Shown: positions 30,351-41,241, counted from the stretch's first letter. The stretch: DNA of 64,000 nucleotides from a candidate division FCPU426 bacterium (GCA_963830915.1 CAWHOE010000064.1:32001-96000), one strand, 5' to 3'. The notes: generated from the letters alone by a model not told the origin. Numbers and translations: made by a program.

Positions 30351-31196
30351 ATGGAAAACATCAGGGATGTCTCGACCGTCATCAAAGGACAAATGACTTC
30401 CGACGGGGCCGGCGTGAAATTGAAACGCGTCCTGGGCAGCCAGGAGTTGACGCAATGGGACCCCTTCTTGTTGCTCGACGAGTTCAAGAACGATGATCCC
30501 GACCATTACATGGCTGGCTTCCCGGACCACCCCCACCGGGGTTTCGAGACCATTACCTACCTTTTGGCCGGGGCCTTTACACACCGTGATTCCCGGGGCA
30601 ACGAGGGACATCTGAAAGCCGGGTCGGTCCAATGGATGACCGCGGGCAAGGGCGTTATCCACAGTGAAATGCCGGAGCAATCTGACGGTTTATCCTGGGG
30701 TTACCAGCTCTGGCTGAACCTTCCGGCGAAACTGAAGATGGTCGAACCCCGCTACCAGGATGTCCCATCCGAGGATATCCCGGTGGTCGAAAAGGACGGG
30801 GTGAAGGCCAAGATCATCGCGGGAGAATATGGCGGCAAGAAAAGCGGGACCAAGACCTGGTACCCGGTCACTTATTTCGACCTTCATCTCGCCTCAGGCG
30901 CTGTCTTCGAGCATCCCGCGCCGGCCGACCAGAACGCTTTCATTTACGTCATCGAGGGAAAGGTCAAATCCGGGCCGGAAGGAAAAGTTTCATCCATTTC
31001 CCAGGGACATCTTGGCGTCTTCGGTCCTGGCGACCGTGTGAAAGTGGAAGCCGAGGGCGGGAAACCAGCCCGCCTGCTTTTCGCTTCCGCCCAAAGGTTG
31101 GAAGAACCCATCGTCCGGGGCGGTCCCTTCGTGATGAACACCATGGGAGAGCTGAAACAGGCCTTCCTGGATTATCAGACCGGCAAGCTCGGTTGA
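30351..31196 (+). CDS. Pirin-family protein
   Basis: DPFLLLD, HPHRGFET, WMTAGKGVIHSE, GPFVMN. Confidence 0.95.
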   Translation: MENIRDVSTVIKGQMTSDGAGVKLKRVLGSQELTQWDPFLLLDEFKNDDPDHYMAGFPDHPHRGFETITYLLAGAFTHRDSRGNEGHLKAGSVQWMTAGKGVIHSEMPEQSDGLSWGYQLWLNLPAKLKMVEPRYQDVPSEDIPVVEKDGVKAKIIAGEYGGKKSGTKTWYPVTYFDLHLASGAVFEHPAPADQNAFIYVIEGKVKSGPEGKVSSISQGHLGVFGPGDRVKVEAEGGKPARLLFASAQRLEEPIVRGGPFVMNTMGELKQAFLDYQTGKLG

Positions 31197-31408
31197 AACT
31201 TTTAACTAGCCGAATTAAAACCTCAGCTTGCTCGATAAAACGATCGGTTCTTTTTTTGTTTCCAACTTTTTCCCGACATTTCAAGGAAGTTTTTCGACCT
31301 CTCCCGTCAAAAGGGTTGTCCGAGCTTTTGGTTTGACGTAGGCTACTTGGAATTCAAGAAACCACCTCGAAGCGCTTCTCATTTTGACCCGATGGCAGAG
31401 GATAATTC

Positions 31409-31750
31409 ATGGAAGAATATCGTTTGGCCGGACACCATGTCCGCATCGTCTGGAAAGAACTGGCTCCCAAGACAAGCAACAAACCGGAACAGACCGTTTT
31501 CAGGGGACAGGTTTCCCATCAGGACATCTCCGGTCTCTGGCTCTGGGGGAATTTTTTCGTGGAAAAGGTCGACACCATTTCGGTGCGGGAAATGCCCAAG
31601 GACAAGGAAGCTGAGGCTCGGCTCTATTTCGCGCCCTGGTCTTCCATCGAGGTCGTCCAGATCGTCCTGGAGAACACCCGCGACTTCGACGTTCACAAGC
31701 TCGTGCTATCCCGGCGGGGCGATAATCCCAAGGAAACCCACCCCCGCTGA
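31409..31750 (+). CDS. Hypothetical protein
   Basis: GAGG RBS, host-like codon usage, converges on a shared terminator. Confidence 0.6.
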   Translation: MEEYRLAGHHVRIVWKELAPKTSNKPEQTVFRGQVSHQDISGLWLWGNFFVEKVDTISVREMPKDKEAEARLYFAPWSSIEVVQIVLENTRDFDVHKLVLSRRGDNPKETHPR

Positions 31751-31778
31751 CTTCAAATTTTCCGGTAGCCCCAAAATA

Positions 31779-31812
31779 AAAAACCCGGCGGTCATTTGAC
31801 TGTCGGGTTTTT
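31779..31812. terminator. Bidirectional intrinsic terminator
   Basis: AAAACCCGGCGGTC/GACTGTCGGGTTTT between convergent genes. Confidence 0.75.
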
Positions 31813-31834
31813 AGTTTTTATGCCCCGCTTATTG

Positions 31835-32494
31835 TTAAAGCTCTTCTTGCCTGTCGATCAGGTCCTGAACGCTCTTGACGGTGATCTTGCCCCTGGCGCT
31901 GGAGACCAACCCTTCCTTCTCCAGTCCGGAAAAGGTACGGATACAGGTTTCCACGGTCGTTCCGGTCATTTCAGCGATCTCCCTGCGGGTCAAGGGAATG
32001 GTATTGCCGAACTCCGCCACCAGATTCACCAGGATATGGAGGATCCGTTTTTCCACGCTCTCCTGCTCGAAGGATTGCATATCCTTGGACTGACGAAAAC
32101 GTTTGGAAAGGTGCTGAACGACCGCTTTGGAGACCTCGGGGTACTTGTCCAGGAGGGTCAAGAAATCCGGCATGGGGAACGCCACCACCACCGTTTCGGT
32201 CTCGGCCACGCTGTGGCAGGGATATTCGCCCCCGCCGAAGCAGCAGCAGGTGCCGAAAAGGCTGTTGGCCCCGACCATGCAAAGGGTCAGGTCCCGTCCG
32301 TTGGCCGTGTGGATAACCGCCTTGACGTGGCCTTCCTTGACGAACCAGACAAACTCGGCCGGATCGCCTTCCAGAAAGAGGGATTCTCCCTTGGCGAACT
32401 TCCGCTCGACCATTTTCTTTTCGATCTCGCTCAGTTGAGAGGCCGGGATTTTCTTGAAAATTTCCAGGGTGGAGATGAATGACTTCGACGCCAT
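31835..32494 (-). CDS. Crp/Fnr-family transcriptional regulator
   Basis: cNMP-binding barrel and HTH LTRREIAEMTGTTVETCIRTFS; start MASKS. Confidence 0.93.
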   Translation of the reverse strand: MASKSFISTLEIFKKIPASQLSEIEKKMVERKFAKGESLFLEGDPAEFVWFVKEGHVKAVIHTANGRDLTLCMVGANSLFGTCCCFGGGEYPCHSVAETETVVVAFPMPDFLTLLDKYPEVSKAVVQHLSKRFRQSKDMQSFEQESVEKRILHILVNLVAEFGNTIPLTRREIAEMTGTTVETCIRTFSGLEKEGLVSSARGKITVKSVQDLIDRQEEL

Positions 32495-32667
32495 GTTGCT
32501 GTGTCTCCCCCGGCGGTTTTCTGGAATTGCATTTCGATTTCCTTCCCTTTCCCGCTGCAAAAAAACGACCTTGATAAAGGCCAGGTTAGAGCGGGTCCAA
32601 CGCTTATGGGAATGTTTAATGTTATATTACCGTGGCCCTTATCGATAATACAAGATATGGGAGAAAT

Positions 32668-32683
32668 TATGACACCTGTCATA
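32668..32683. promoter_or_regulatory. Crp/Fnr-type box 1
   Basis: TATGACACCTGTCATA between the divergent regulator and ligase genes. Confidence 0.7.
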
Positions 32684-32768
32684 CAAACTTTTTTGGGAAG
32701 GACGATGATAAGGGTCGTCGCGCGTCTTAAAACCATTGAAATAAAAGGAATTTGAAAGGCAAGCTCCC

Positions 32769-35530
32769 ATGGATATTCTTCAGACTTCTTCCCTGCAAAA
32801 ACTTCAGGATCCCTCCCACGATTTCTTAAAAGGACAGCCCGGACCTCTCGACGCTTTGTTGAAACCCAAGAGCGTGGCCATCATCGGAGCCACCGATCGC
32901 ATCGGCAGCGTGGGCCGTTCCATCGTCCTGAACCTGACCCGCTCCACCTATCAGGGGAAGATCTATCCCATCAACCCGAACCGCGCTGAGGTTTTGGGAG
33001 CGAAAGCCTACCCCACTATTCAAGCGACGCCGGAAGCGCCCGAGATGGCCATCATCATCACCCCCGCGGCGACCGTGCCCGGGCTCATTGGCGACTGCGT
33101 GGCCAAGGGCGTGAAAAGCGCCATCATCATCTCCGCCGGTTTCAAGGAAAGGGGCCCGGAAGGCGCGGCCCTGGAAAAACAGATCATGGACAAGATCAAG
33201 GGCACCAATTTCCGCATCGTCGGTCCCAACTGTTTGGGGCTCATGAGCCCCCACATCGGCATGAACGCCAGCTTCGCGCCCGAGATGGCGCTTCCCGGGT
33301 CTGTCGCCTTCTTGAGCCAGAGCGGCGCGCTGGGAACGGCCATCCTGGAATGGAGCATTTCCTCGAAGGTCGGTTTGAGTTCCTTCGTCTCCATCGGTTC
33401 CATGATGGACGTGGATTGGGGCGATCTGATCGACGCCCTAGGCAATGACCCCTACACCCGCAGTATCCTTATCTATATGGAGTCGGTCGGCAACGCCCAG
33501 TCCTTCCTTTCCGCCGCCCGCGAGGTTTCCTATTCCAAACCCATCATCGTCCTGAAAACCGGACGTTCGGAAGTGGCCGCCAAGGCCGCCGTCTCCCATA
33601 CCGGCTCCCTGACGGGCAGCGACAAGGTCCTGCGGGCCGCTTTCAAACGCTGCGGCGTCCTCTGGGTGGACCAGATCGAGGACCTCTTCTACATGGCCGA
33701 GGCTTTGGCCAAACAGCCCCGCCCCAAGGGACCGCGCCTGACCATCGTCACTAACGCCGGCGGCCCCGGCGTTCTGGCCACCGACGCCCTGGTGGAAGGC
33801 AAAGGCGTCATGGCGGAAGTGGATCCCGACACCTTGAAGGCCCTGGACGCTTTCTTACCGGCCAGCTGGAGTCACGGCAACCCCGTGGATGTGCTGGGCG
33901 ACGCCGATCCGGACCGTTACGCCAAGGGCATGGAGATCGCCCTAAAGAACAAGGAGAGCGACGGCTTGCTGGCCATCGTCACCCCTCAGACCGTCACCCA
34001 ACCTGTCATTTTGGCCGAAAAACTGAAGGTTTTCGGCACTGGCACCGACAAGCCGGTCCTGGCCTGCTTCATGGGCGGGGACCAGATGGGGAATCTGCGG
34101 GACGTGCTGCAGAACGCCGGTATCCCTTCCTTCGCCTTCCCTGACACCGCTGCCCGGGTCTTCAACCACATGTGGCATTACAGTTCCAACCTCAAGAGCC
34201 TCTATGAGACTCCCGCCACCTCCGGTGAGGTCGACTTCAAGAAACCTCCCAGAAGGACGTGGCCGACATGTTGGCCAAGATCCAGGGGACCGGACGGACG
34301 CTCCTGACCGAGTACGAGGCCAAGCAGGTCCTGGACTTCTACGGGATCCCCGGTTCCACCACCAAGCTGGCCGCCACCCCCGAGGAGGCCGTCAAGGCCG
34401 CCGACGCGATCGGCTATCCGGTGGTCGTGAAACTGAACTCCCAGACCATCACCCACAAGTCGGACATGGGTGGGGTATTGTTGAACATCCAGAACGCGGA
34501 CGCCGTCAAGGCCGCCTTCGAGAAGATCAAGGCCTCCATCACCCAGAAAGCGAAAGCTTCCGATTTCCAGGGCGTGACGGTCCAACCCATGGTGAAACTG
34601 GACGGCTTCGAGTTGATCCTCGGCGCCAGCCCCGACCCACAGTTTGGGCCGGTCATCCTCTTCGGGATGGGCGGTACCCTGGTCGAGGTCTTCCGGGACA
34701 GCTCCTTGGGATTGCCTCCCCTGACCACCACCCTCGCCCGCCGGATGATGGAGGAGACCATCATCTACAAGGCCCTCAAGGGCGTGCGCGGCAAACCGCC
34801 GGTGGACATGGCGCTCCTAGAAAGCGTGCTGGTCAAGTTCAGCCAGTTGATCGCCGAACAGCCGGCCATCAAGGAAATGGACCTGAACCCCTTGATCGCC
34901 GCCGGGGACAAGGTCATCGCCCTGGACGCCCGTATCGTCCTGAATGACCCCAAGGCCGATAAGTCGACCTGGCCCAAGCCGGTCATCCGACCCTATCCCA
35001 TCCAGTACGTGAGCCCCTTCACCATGAAGAACGGCTCGGCCGTCACCATCCGGCCCATCCGGCCGGAGGATGAGCCCTTGATGGTCGATTTCCACCAGGG
35101 CCTTTCGGACTTCAGCGTCTACATGCGCTACTTCGCGCCGGTGAAGCTGACCGAGCGGGTCGCCCATGACCGCCTGATCCGTTTGTGCTTCCTGGATTAC
35201 CAACGGGAGATCGCCCTGGTGGCCGACTACCAGGACCCCAAGACGGGCAAGCATCAGATCCAGGGTGTGGCCCGTTTGAGCCATCTGGTGAACGAGGAAG
35301 AAAAAGAGTTCGCCATTGTGGTGAGCGATTCCTGCCAACACCAGGGATTGGGTTATGAGCTATTGAGCCGGCTGGTCGAGATCGGCCGGAAGGAAGGCTA
35401 CAAGAGGATCGTGGGTTACCTCTTGGCGGAGAACGCGGCCATGCAAAAGATGGCCAAGGAACTGGGCTTCGAGCTCACTTTCTCTGACGACCACAAATCG
35501 GTCTTCGCGGCTTATAACTATAAAAAATAA
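32769..35530 (+). CDS. Acetate-CoA ligase (ADP-forming)-like alpha/beta plus GNAT fusion (Pat/YfiQ-like), frameshift near 34243
   Basis: CoA-binding domain, [32 protein letters not shown]-grasp, C-terminal GNAT; one extra A in the run at 34242-34244 joins the two ORFs. Confidence 0.9.
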
Positions 35531-35550
35531 TTCGACAAGTTTTTGATCCA

Positions 35551-35585
35551 GAGCGGCCCCGGATTTTTCCTGGGCCGCTTTTTTT
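35551..35585 (+). terminator. Intrinsic terminator
   Basis: AGCGGCCC...GGGCCGCT followed by a T-run. Confidence 0.8.
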
Positions 35586-35631
35586 ATCGGCGGATCTTCC
35601 TTTTCCCTGTTTTCATCTTCGGTTGGGAGGG

Positions 35632-35647
35632 TATGACGATAGTCATA
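35632..35647 (+). promoter_or_regulatory. Crp/Fnr-type box 2
   Basis: TATGACGATAGTCATA, TATAAA 21 nt downstream. Confidence 0.7.
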
Positions 35648-35713
35648 CCCTTTCGGCCCGCTTGGTTTTATAAAAGTTTTCCGATCGATCGACGGAACTA
35701 TGGAGCGGAAAAT

Positions 35714-36166
35714 ATGAAGGATGCTTTCAAGGACTATTTCTTGAAGATGGGTTTAACGGACGGCCCCCAGCTGCGTAGGCTGGAGGATATCGTGAATGTC
35801 GCCCAGGGACTTTTTCCCGATGAGATGGAAGAGGTTTTCATTTCCCAGTCCAGCGAGGAAAATGGGAATGTCACCGAATGGGACAGTCTTTGGTTCTTTT
35901 CAAGCAAATACTGCCTGGAAGCCCGCCAGTTCACCGTTCACAACGACTTTGAGATCCATCGTTTGGAAGGCATCCAGAACCTGCGGTTGATCGTGGAAAA
36001 TTGCGCGCTGGGGAAATTCCCCACCGCCGAGTCGCTGGGTCCCAAATCCACCATGACGACGGAGTTCACCCCCCAGAGGGGTGGGCGATGCCAGCTTTAC
36101 GCCTTCAGTCACAATTGTGAAAAACTGGCTTCCATCGCGAAAAAATACCTTCAGACCAATCTATAA
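35714..36166 (+). CDS. Hypothetical protein
   Basis: GGAG RBS and ATG at 35714 (MKDAFKDY...); the upstream ORF extension overlaps the terminator. Confidence 0.65.
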   Translation: MKDAFKDYFLKMGLTDGPQLRRLEDIVNVAQGLFPDEMEEVFISQSSEENGNVTEWDSLWFFSSKYCLEARQFTVHNDFEIHRLEGIQNLRLIVENCALGKFPTAESLGPKSTMTTEFTPQRGGRCQLYAFSHNCEKLASIAKKYLQTNL

Positions 36167-36193
36167 AAAGGACCCCGCTTTAGTCCGATTGGG

Positions 36194-37561
36194 TTAACGC
36201 TGGGGTTCATCCGGGTCCAGCAGGGGCCACCAGGTCTCGACCCTGGTCCCTTTCTTCGGTTCGCTGGTCAGATGCACCCTTCCCCCATGCCATTGCAATA
36301 TCTGTTTAACGATGGAAAGCCCCAGGCCCGTCCCGAATTTTTCCGCGGTCCTCGCGTTGCTGGCCCTGAAGAATTCCTCGAACAGGCTTTTTTGCTGTTT
36401 GGGAGGGATGCCGATCCCCTGGTCCTCGACGGCTAGGATCAACCAATCACCCTGGGTCTTGAACTCCACCAAAATAGGACTTCGTCCTTCCGGGGTGTAC
36501 TTGACCGCGTTGGAAAGAAGGTTGTCTACCACCCGGCCCATCGCGTCCTTGTCCGCCTTCAACCTTACCTGCGGGTCGCCGTGCAATTGGAAGAGTAGCT
36601 CTTTCTTCTTCGCCTCGCCTTCCATGGATTGGACCCGTTTCAAAAGAAGCTGATAGAGTTCCAGCGATTCCCTCTTCATCGGCATTTCCAGGACCTGGGT
36701 CCGTGACAACCAAACCAGGTCATCAATGAGTTCCAGCAGGGACCAAACCCTTTTCTTGGCCGTTTGGATCGCCTGAGTGGTCTTCTCGTTCTTTTTGGGG
36801 ATGGCCTTATCCACCGCCGAAAGATCGAAATCCATCTCGATGGCGGGGTTCTTCAGTTGATGCACCACTTGCCGCAGGAATTTGTTCTTATAGACATCCA
36901 ATTGCTTCAGTTCCTCGTTGGCCTGGAGGAGCTGTTCGCCCGTCTCTTTCAAGGCTTTTTGCTGGGCCCGCAGGTCCCGGGCCAAACGGGAAAGGAAATA
37001 CCAAAGACCAACCACGGTGATGGAATAAGCCAAGAGGATAGAACGTTCCGCCATATCCCAGCTATCCGAGGTTCCCTTCCAGAGATCGCCTCCCGATGCG
37101 TGGATAGAGGGTTCCAGGAAATACAGAAGCCAGGGCAAACACAGGGCCAAGATCGCGTACCCCAGGCTTTTGGAAGTGGGAAAAACGATGGAACTGATGG
37201 TCAGGTGGAATAGATAGAAAAGCAGCAGCGGGTTATCGGCCCCGCCGTTGAAATAAAGCATTAAAGTCATGATGATCAGGTCGGCGATCATTTGAACATG
37301 GAAAAACTTCTCGACCTGGGACGCGATTACCGGAAGGGAGGCGGTCGATCTTTTCAATCGCCCGACCCAGGCTATGTAAAAAACGTTCAGGACCGCCAGT
37401 AATAAGAAGCAACAAGAGATCTTAAGCCATTGGATCTGGACGGGCGCGATCATCGGTCCCAGCCATAGGATCACGCCACCCATGACGATGGCCGCCCATC
37501 GCAATCGGATGAACCAGTTCAGGCGTTCGAACGGGATCTCTTCGTTCAATTTTTGCGTCAT
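36194..37561 (-). CDS. Membrane sensor histidine kinase with RegB/PrrB-like TM domain
   Basis: IRLRWAAI, GGADNP, about six TM helices, HQLKNP H-box, GTGLGL. Confidence 0.85.
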   Translation of the reverse strand: MTQKLNEEIPFERLNWFIRLRWAAIVMGGVILWLGPMIAPVQIQWLKISCCFLLLAVLNVFYIAWVGRLKRSTASLPVIASQVEKFFHVQMIADLIIMTLMLYFNGGADNPLLLFYLFHLTISSIVFPTSKSLGYAILALCLPWLLYFLEPSIHASGGDLWKGTSDSWDMAERSILLAYSITVVGLWYFLSRLARDLRAQQKALKETGEQLLQANEELKQLDVYKNKFLRQVVHQLKNPAIEMDFDLSAVDKAIPKKNEKTTQAIQTAKKRVWSLLELIDDLVWLSRTQVLEMPMKRESLELYQLLLKRVQSMEGEAKKKELLFQLHGDPQVRLKADKDAMGRVVDNLLSNAVKYTPEGRSPILVEFKTQGDWLILAVEDQGIGIPPKQQKSLFEEFFRASNARTAEKFGTGLGLSIVKQILQWHGGRVHLTSEPKKGTRVETWWPLLDPDEPQR

Positions 37562-37629
37562 GTGGTTTCCTTTGAGTAACCGCGATTCCTAAACTTCAAC
37601 CGTATCATCTCCAAATAGAAACAACCCAC

Positions 37630-37645
37630 TATGATAGTTGTCATA
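37630..37645 (+). promoter_or_regulatory. Crp/Fnr-type box 3
   Basis: TATGATAGTTGTCATA, TAGGAT 21 nt downstream. Confidence 0.7.
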
Positions 37646-37722
37646 AAGATTACATTTCCTCGTCGTTAGGATTCCTCTGATATGATTTGTCGTCTGGGTC
37701 ATAAAAATTTTTAAGGGGGAGT

Positions 37723-38175
37723 TTGATGACATCCGATCGAATGAAGCTCAGTGGTTTCTTTTTGATGTTCGCCTCGTTGGCCGCCGTATTCACTTTCAGT
37801 ATGACGTTGGCTTACGCCGCCGCTGATGACGTGAAGGACGCTTGGGTCGCCCCAGCGGACGCCGCCAAGGTGGCCAATCCAGTCGCCGCCGATCAAAAGT
37901 CGGCCGATCAAGGGAAGAAGATCTATACGGGCAAATGCCTGTCCTGCCATGGTTCTCAAGGCAAAGGCGATGGTCCCATGATGAAGGTCTTGAAGAAAAA
38001 ACCCAGCGACCTGACTTCCGCCGATGTGGCCGCCGAGACCGATGGCGCCCTCTTTTATAAGATCACCAAGGGCCAGAAACCCATGCCCACCTTCGCCAAG
38101 AGCCTCACCGACAAAGAGCGTTGGACCGTGGTGAATTACATCCGTTCATTGAATAAATCGGCTGATAAGAAGTAA
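37723..38175 (+). CDS. Periplasmic monoheme cytochrome c
   Basis: Signal peptide, CLSCH, distal Met (KPMPTF). Confidence 0.93.
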   Translation: MMTSDRMKLSGFFLMFASLAAVFTFSMTLAYAAADDVKDAWVAPADAAKVANPVAADQKSADQGKKIYTGKCLSCHGSQGKGDGPMMKVLKKKPSDLTSADVAAETDGALFYKITKGQKPMPTFAKSLTDKERWTVVNYIRSLNKSADKK

Positions 38176-38196
38176 TTAAACAAAAAGGGGGAGTTC

Positions 38197-39594
38197 ATGC
38201 GACAAAGTTCCATGAAGTCGTTGATATTTAGCGGGAGGTCTTTCGCCCTTCTGCTGATCGCTTTTCTTTTCGTCGGTCTTTCTTCAAAAGCCCAGGCTGT
38301 TCCCAGCTTTTCCCGTCAGACCGGGATGACCTGTCTGGCCTGCCACACCGCTTTTCCCGAGCTGACGCCTTACGGCCGTTGGTTCAAGCTCAATGGCTAT
38401 GTTTCCGGCGAGGCCGATAAGGTGACCGAGAAGAGCGATGCCGGCGATGTGTCGCTGGACATCCTCAAGGGCGCTCCCCTTTCCGCCATGATCCAAGTGA
38501 CGGACACCTTCGTTCAGAAACCCACGGTCACCGGTCCCGCCCCTGGGGACGACGGCATGGGCGTTCTTGGTTTCCCTGAGCAGATGAGCCTCTTTTACGC
38601 CGGGGAGATCACCCCGAACGTAGGCGCCTTCGCCCAGATGACCTATGACTTCCAGAGCGGGGTCCTGCACTCGGACAATACCGACATCCGTTACACCACC
38701 CATTTCGACGCGGGCGGACGGGACGCTATCTGGGGCTTCACCTTGAACAACAACCCTACCGTCCAGGACGTTTATAACTCCACGCCGGCCTGGGGTTTCC
38801 CCTATTCAGCTTCCGCCACAACCCCGAAGCCAGGCGCCTCGGTCCAGATCACTTCCATGGGAGGTTCGGTCGGCGGTTTGGGAACTTATTTATCCTTGGA
38901 TAAGCTTTTGTACGCTGAGGTCGCGGCCTATCGCGACGCTCCCCAGGGCGGTTCTAATCCCTCCGAGGTTATCCAAGGCTACGCGCCTTACTGGCGTCTC
39001 GCCCTCAGCCAGGAAGTGGATGACCACTCCTTCGAGATCGGTGGATTCGGATTGTTTGAGAACGGCGAACCTACATTTACAAATGGTGTAAGTGTGGTAA
39101 TGTCTGGTATTCCCACTCCAGGAAAGGCCGATTACTTCGAGGATTGGGGTGCGGACGCTCAATACCAGTACACCACTAAAGACCACCAATTATCCGCCCA
39201 GGCAAGCTGGATTCGAGAATATCAAACTTGGAATTCCACCTTTAATACTTCGGATGGTATTAACTCCGGGTCACAAAACCTTAAGGATCAGTTGGAACAA
39301 CTGAAGGTCAACCTGACCTACTACTACCAACGGAAGATTGGCGCGACTGTGGGTTACTTTGGTCTAGGTGGGACCTACGATTCCAGCCTTTATGGAACGG
39401 CGACCAACGGCAATCCGGAGACCCAGGGCATGGTCTATGAGCTCAACTATCTACCCTGGCTGAACACCAAGTTCACCCTCCAATACACCCAGTATTTCAA
39501 GTATAACGGCGGGGCGACCGACCCTTACGACGGCGGCACCCGGATGGCCAGCGACAACAACACGGTCATGGCCATGGCTTGGTTCGCGTATTAA
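38197..39594 (+). CDS. cyc2: Cyc2-like fused monoheme cytochrome c-outer membrane porin
   Basis: Signal peptide then AVPSFSRQTGMTCLACHTAFPELTPYGRWFKLNGY (Cyc2 N-terminal signature), aromatic-rich beta-barrel, C-terminal WFAY. Confidence 0.8.
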   Translation: MRQSSMKSLIFSGRSFALLLIAFLFVGLSSKAQAVPSFSRQTGMTCLACHTAFPELTPYGRWFKLNGYVSGEADKVTEKSDAGDVSLDILKGAPLSAMIQVTDTFVQKPTVTGPAPGDDGMGVLGFPEQMSLFYAGEITPNVGAFAQMTYDFQSGVLHSDNTDIRYTTHFDAGGRDAIWGFTLNNNPTVQDVYNSTPAWGFPYSASATTPKPGASVQITSMGGSVGGLGTYLSLDKLLYAEVAAYRDAPQGGSNPSEVIQGYAPYWRLALSQEVDDHSFEIGGFGLFENGEPTFTNGVSVVMSGIPTPGKADYFEDWGADAQYQYTTKDHQLSAQASWIREYQTWNSTFNTSDGINSGSQNLKDQLEQLKVNLTYYYQRKIGATVGYFGLGGTYDSSLYGTATNGNPETQGMVYELNYLPWLNTKFTLQYTQYFKYNGGATDPYDGGTRMASDNNTVMAMAWFAY

Positions 39595-39713
39595 CAGGTT
39601 GCAAAAATAAAAATAGGGCCACAAAGCAACCTGAAACCCCAAAGATTCCGCAGGAATCGTGGGGTTACCACTTAAGCATTAACTAAAAAAGTCCGCTCTG
39701 GGGACTTTTTCAG
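39595..39713 (+). ncRNA. Conserved structured 3' element, copy 1 (unknown RNA motif or MITE)
   Basis: Three hairpins; 34-nt core identical to the reverse complement of part of 55977-56091. Confidence 0.55.
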
Positions 39714-39776
39714 TTGTCAGCAAAAATTAATATAACGGGGTTGGCTTGAGTTCCTGATCGACCCCGGCATACACTC

Positions 39777-39811
39777 AAAAGGCCCTCCGGTCCGCCGGGG
39801 GGCCTTTTTTT
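39777..39811 (+). terminator. Intrinsic terminator
   Basis: AAAAGGCCCTCCGG/CCGGGGGGCCTTTTTTT. Confidence 0.85.
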
Positions 39812-39827
39812 ATTCATCCCATCACAC

Positions 39828-40550
39828 GTGAAAGCGGTCATGGCCAATCCCATTCCCCATCATCATCACCACGAGACCCATCGAGGTTCCACTCTGGCCC
39901 TTCGGGATATCGTGGTGGGACTATCGGACGGTCTAACCGTTCCCTTCGCCCTTTCCGCGGGCCTAAGCGGGGCCGTTTCCAGCAACCACCTGATCCTGAT
40001 CGCCGGTATCGCTGAGATCGTGGCCGGGACCATTTCCATGGGGCTGGGCGGGTATCTGGCCGGTCGGACCGAGATCGAGCATTACGAGGGAGAGCAAAAA
40101 CGCGAGGCCCGGGAGGTCAAGGAGATCCCCCACGAGGAGGAAGATGAGGTAAAGGCCCTTCTGGAAGCCTACGGTATCTCGCCCACGATCCAGCAGGCCG
40201 TGGCCGGGGAACTGGCCAAGGACCACACCAAATGGGTGGATTTCATGATGCGCTTCGAGCTGGGGCTGGAAAAACCCGACCCCCAACAAGCCCTGCGGAG
40301 CGCCTGGCGCATCGGCCTTTCCTACGCCGTCGGCGGGTTGGTCCCCCTCTCGGCCTATTTATTCTCTGACAATCCCCTGACCGGCCTGGAATATTCTTTC
40401 CTCATCACGGTGGCTTGCCTGATGGTCTTTGGTTATTTCAAGGCCCTCCTGACCAGCCAGAACCCCTGGAAAGGCGCTCTCACCGTGACCCTCACGGGTA
40501 TCCTCTCCGCCGCCGCGGCTTTCGGCCTCACCCGCCTGATCAACCGCTGA
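39828..40550 (+). CDS. VIT1/CCC1 Fe2+/Mn2+ transporter
   Basis: RDIVVGLSDGL, AGTISMGLGGYLA, MMRFELG; His-rich N-terminus. Confidence 0.93.
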   Translation: MKAVMANPIPHHHHHETHRGSTLALRDIVVGLSDGLTVPFALSAGLSGAVSSNHLILIAGIAEIVAGTISMGLGGYLAGRTEIEHYEGEQKREAREVKEIPHEEEDEVKALLEAYGISPTIQQAVAGELAKDHTKWVDFMMRFELGLEKPDPQQALRSAWRIGLSYAVGGLVPLSAYLFSDNPLTGLEYSFLITVACLMVFGYFKALLTSQNPWKGALTVTLTGILSAAAAFGLTRLINR

Positions 40551-40593
40551 ACCAGCCGCCCTCCCAGTCGAACCTCATGGAAACTCGCGTCAG

Positions 40594-40609
40594 GATGACG
40601 GCAGTCATA
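40594..40609 (+). promoter_or_regulatory. Crp/Fnr-type box 4
   Basis: GATGACGGCAGTCATA, TAGGAT 21 nt downstream. Confidence 0.68.
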
Positions 40610-40684
40610 ATTGCCTCCACCCTCAGGTCCTAGGATAGGATCAAATTCAAGGGTACCGCATACCCTGGTCGAGGGAGGCCGAAC

Positions 40685-41233
40685 ATGCCCGCCTATCAAA
40701 TACGTTTCTCTTCCGGTTTGCCGTTGAAGGAATGGATCCATCAAATGTCCATTCGCCTCGAGTCGAAGATCCCCGTCCATCTCTGGCCCAAGGTCTATTT
40801 CACCAAAGGCATCCGCATCCTCATCCTGGGCAAGGCCTTGAAAGAGGGACTGCTATGCCATATCCGTACCACTGATGTGTGCGGGAACCAGGCTGAATGC
40901 GAGGAGACCTGCCAACCCGCGCCCGAGAACAAGAGCACGGGGATGTTCCTGGAAAGCCAGGGGGGAGGCCCCATCGAGATGTACCAGCTCATCGGCGTCC
41001 GAGACCATAAGGACCTGGCGAACAAGCTCATGGATCATATCCTGACCCGCCTCCCCGAAGCTTCCGTTCTGTGGGAAAAACTAACCGAAGACATAGCGTC
41101 CGAGATCAGTTATCACTTATTCATCAATGAGCTTTGCGGATTGACCGACCTGTGCCAGAAAGCCACACCCAGGAATCTGGCGGAGGAACTGGTCCGCGAT
41201 CCCGGCCCGGACGAAGTCCCGGCGAATACATAA
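40685..41233 (+). CDS. Hypothetical cysteine-cluster protein
   Basis: GGAGG RBS; C-x7-C-x5-C-x3-C and C-x5-C motifs. Confidence 0.7.
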   Translation: MPAYQIRFSSGLPLKEWIHQMSIRLESKIPVHLWPKVYFTKGIRILILGKALKEGLLCHIRTTDVCGNQAECEETCQPAPENKSTGMFLESQGGGPIEMYQLIGVRDHKDLANKLMDHILTRLPEASVLWEKLTEDIASEISYHLFINELCGLTDLCQKATPRNLAEELVRDPGPDEVPANT

Positions 41234-41241
41234 ACCATTTG

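Noticed and set aside
37681..37703. Sixth TATGA...TCATA box
   Set aside because: Spacer is 13 nt rather than 6 and it lies downstream of the predicted TSS
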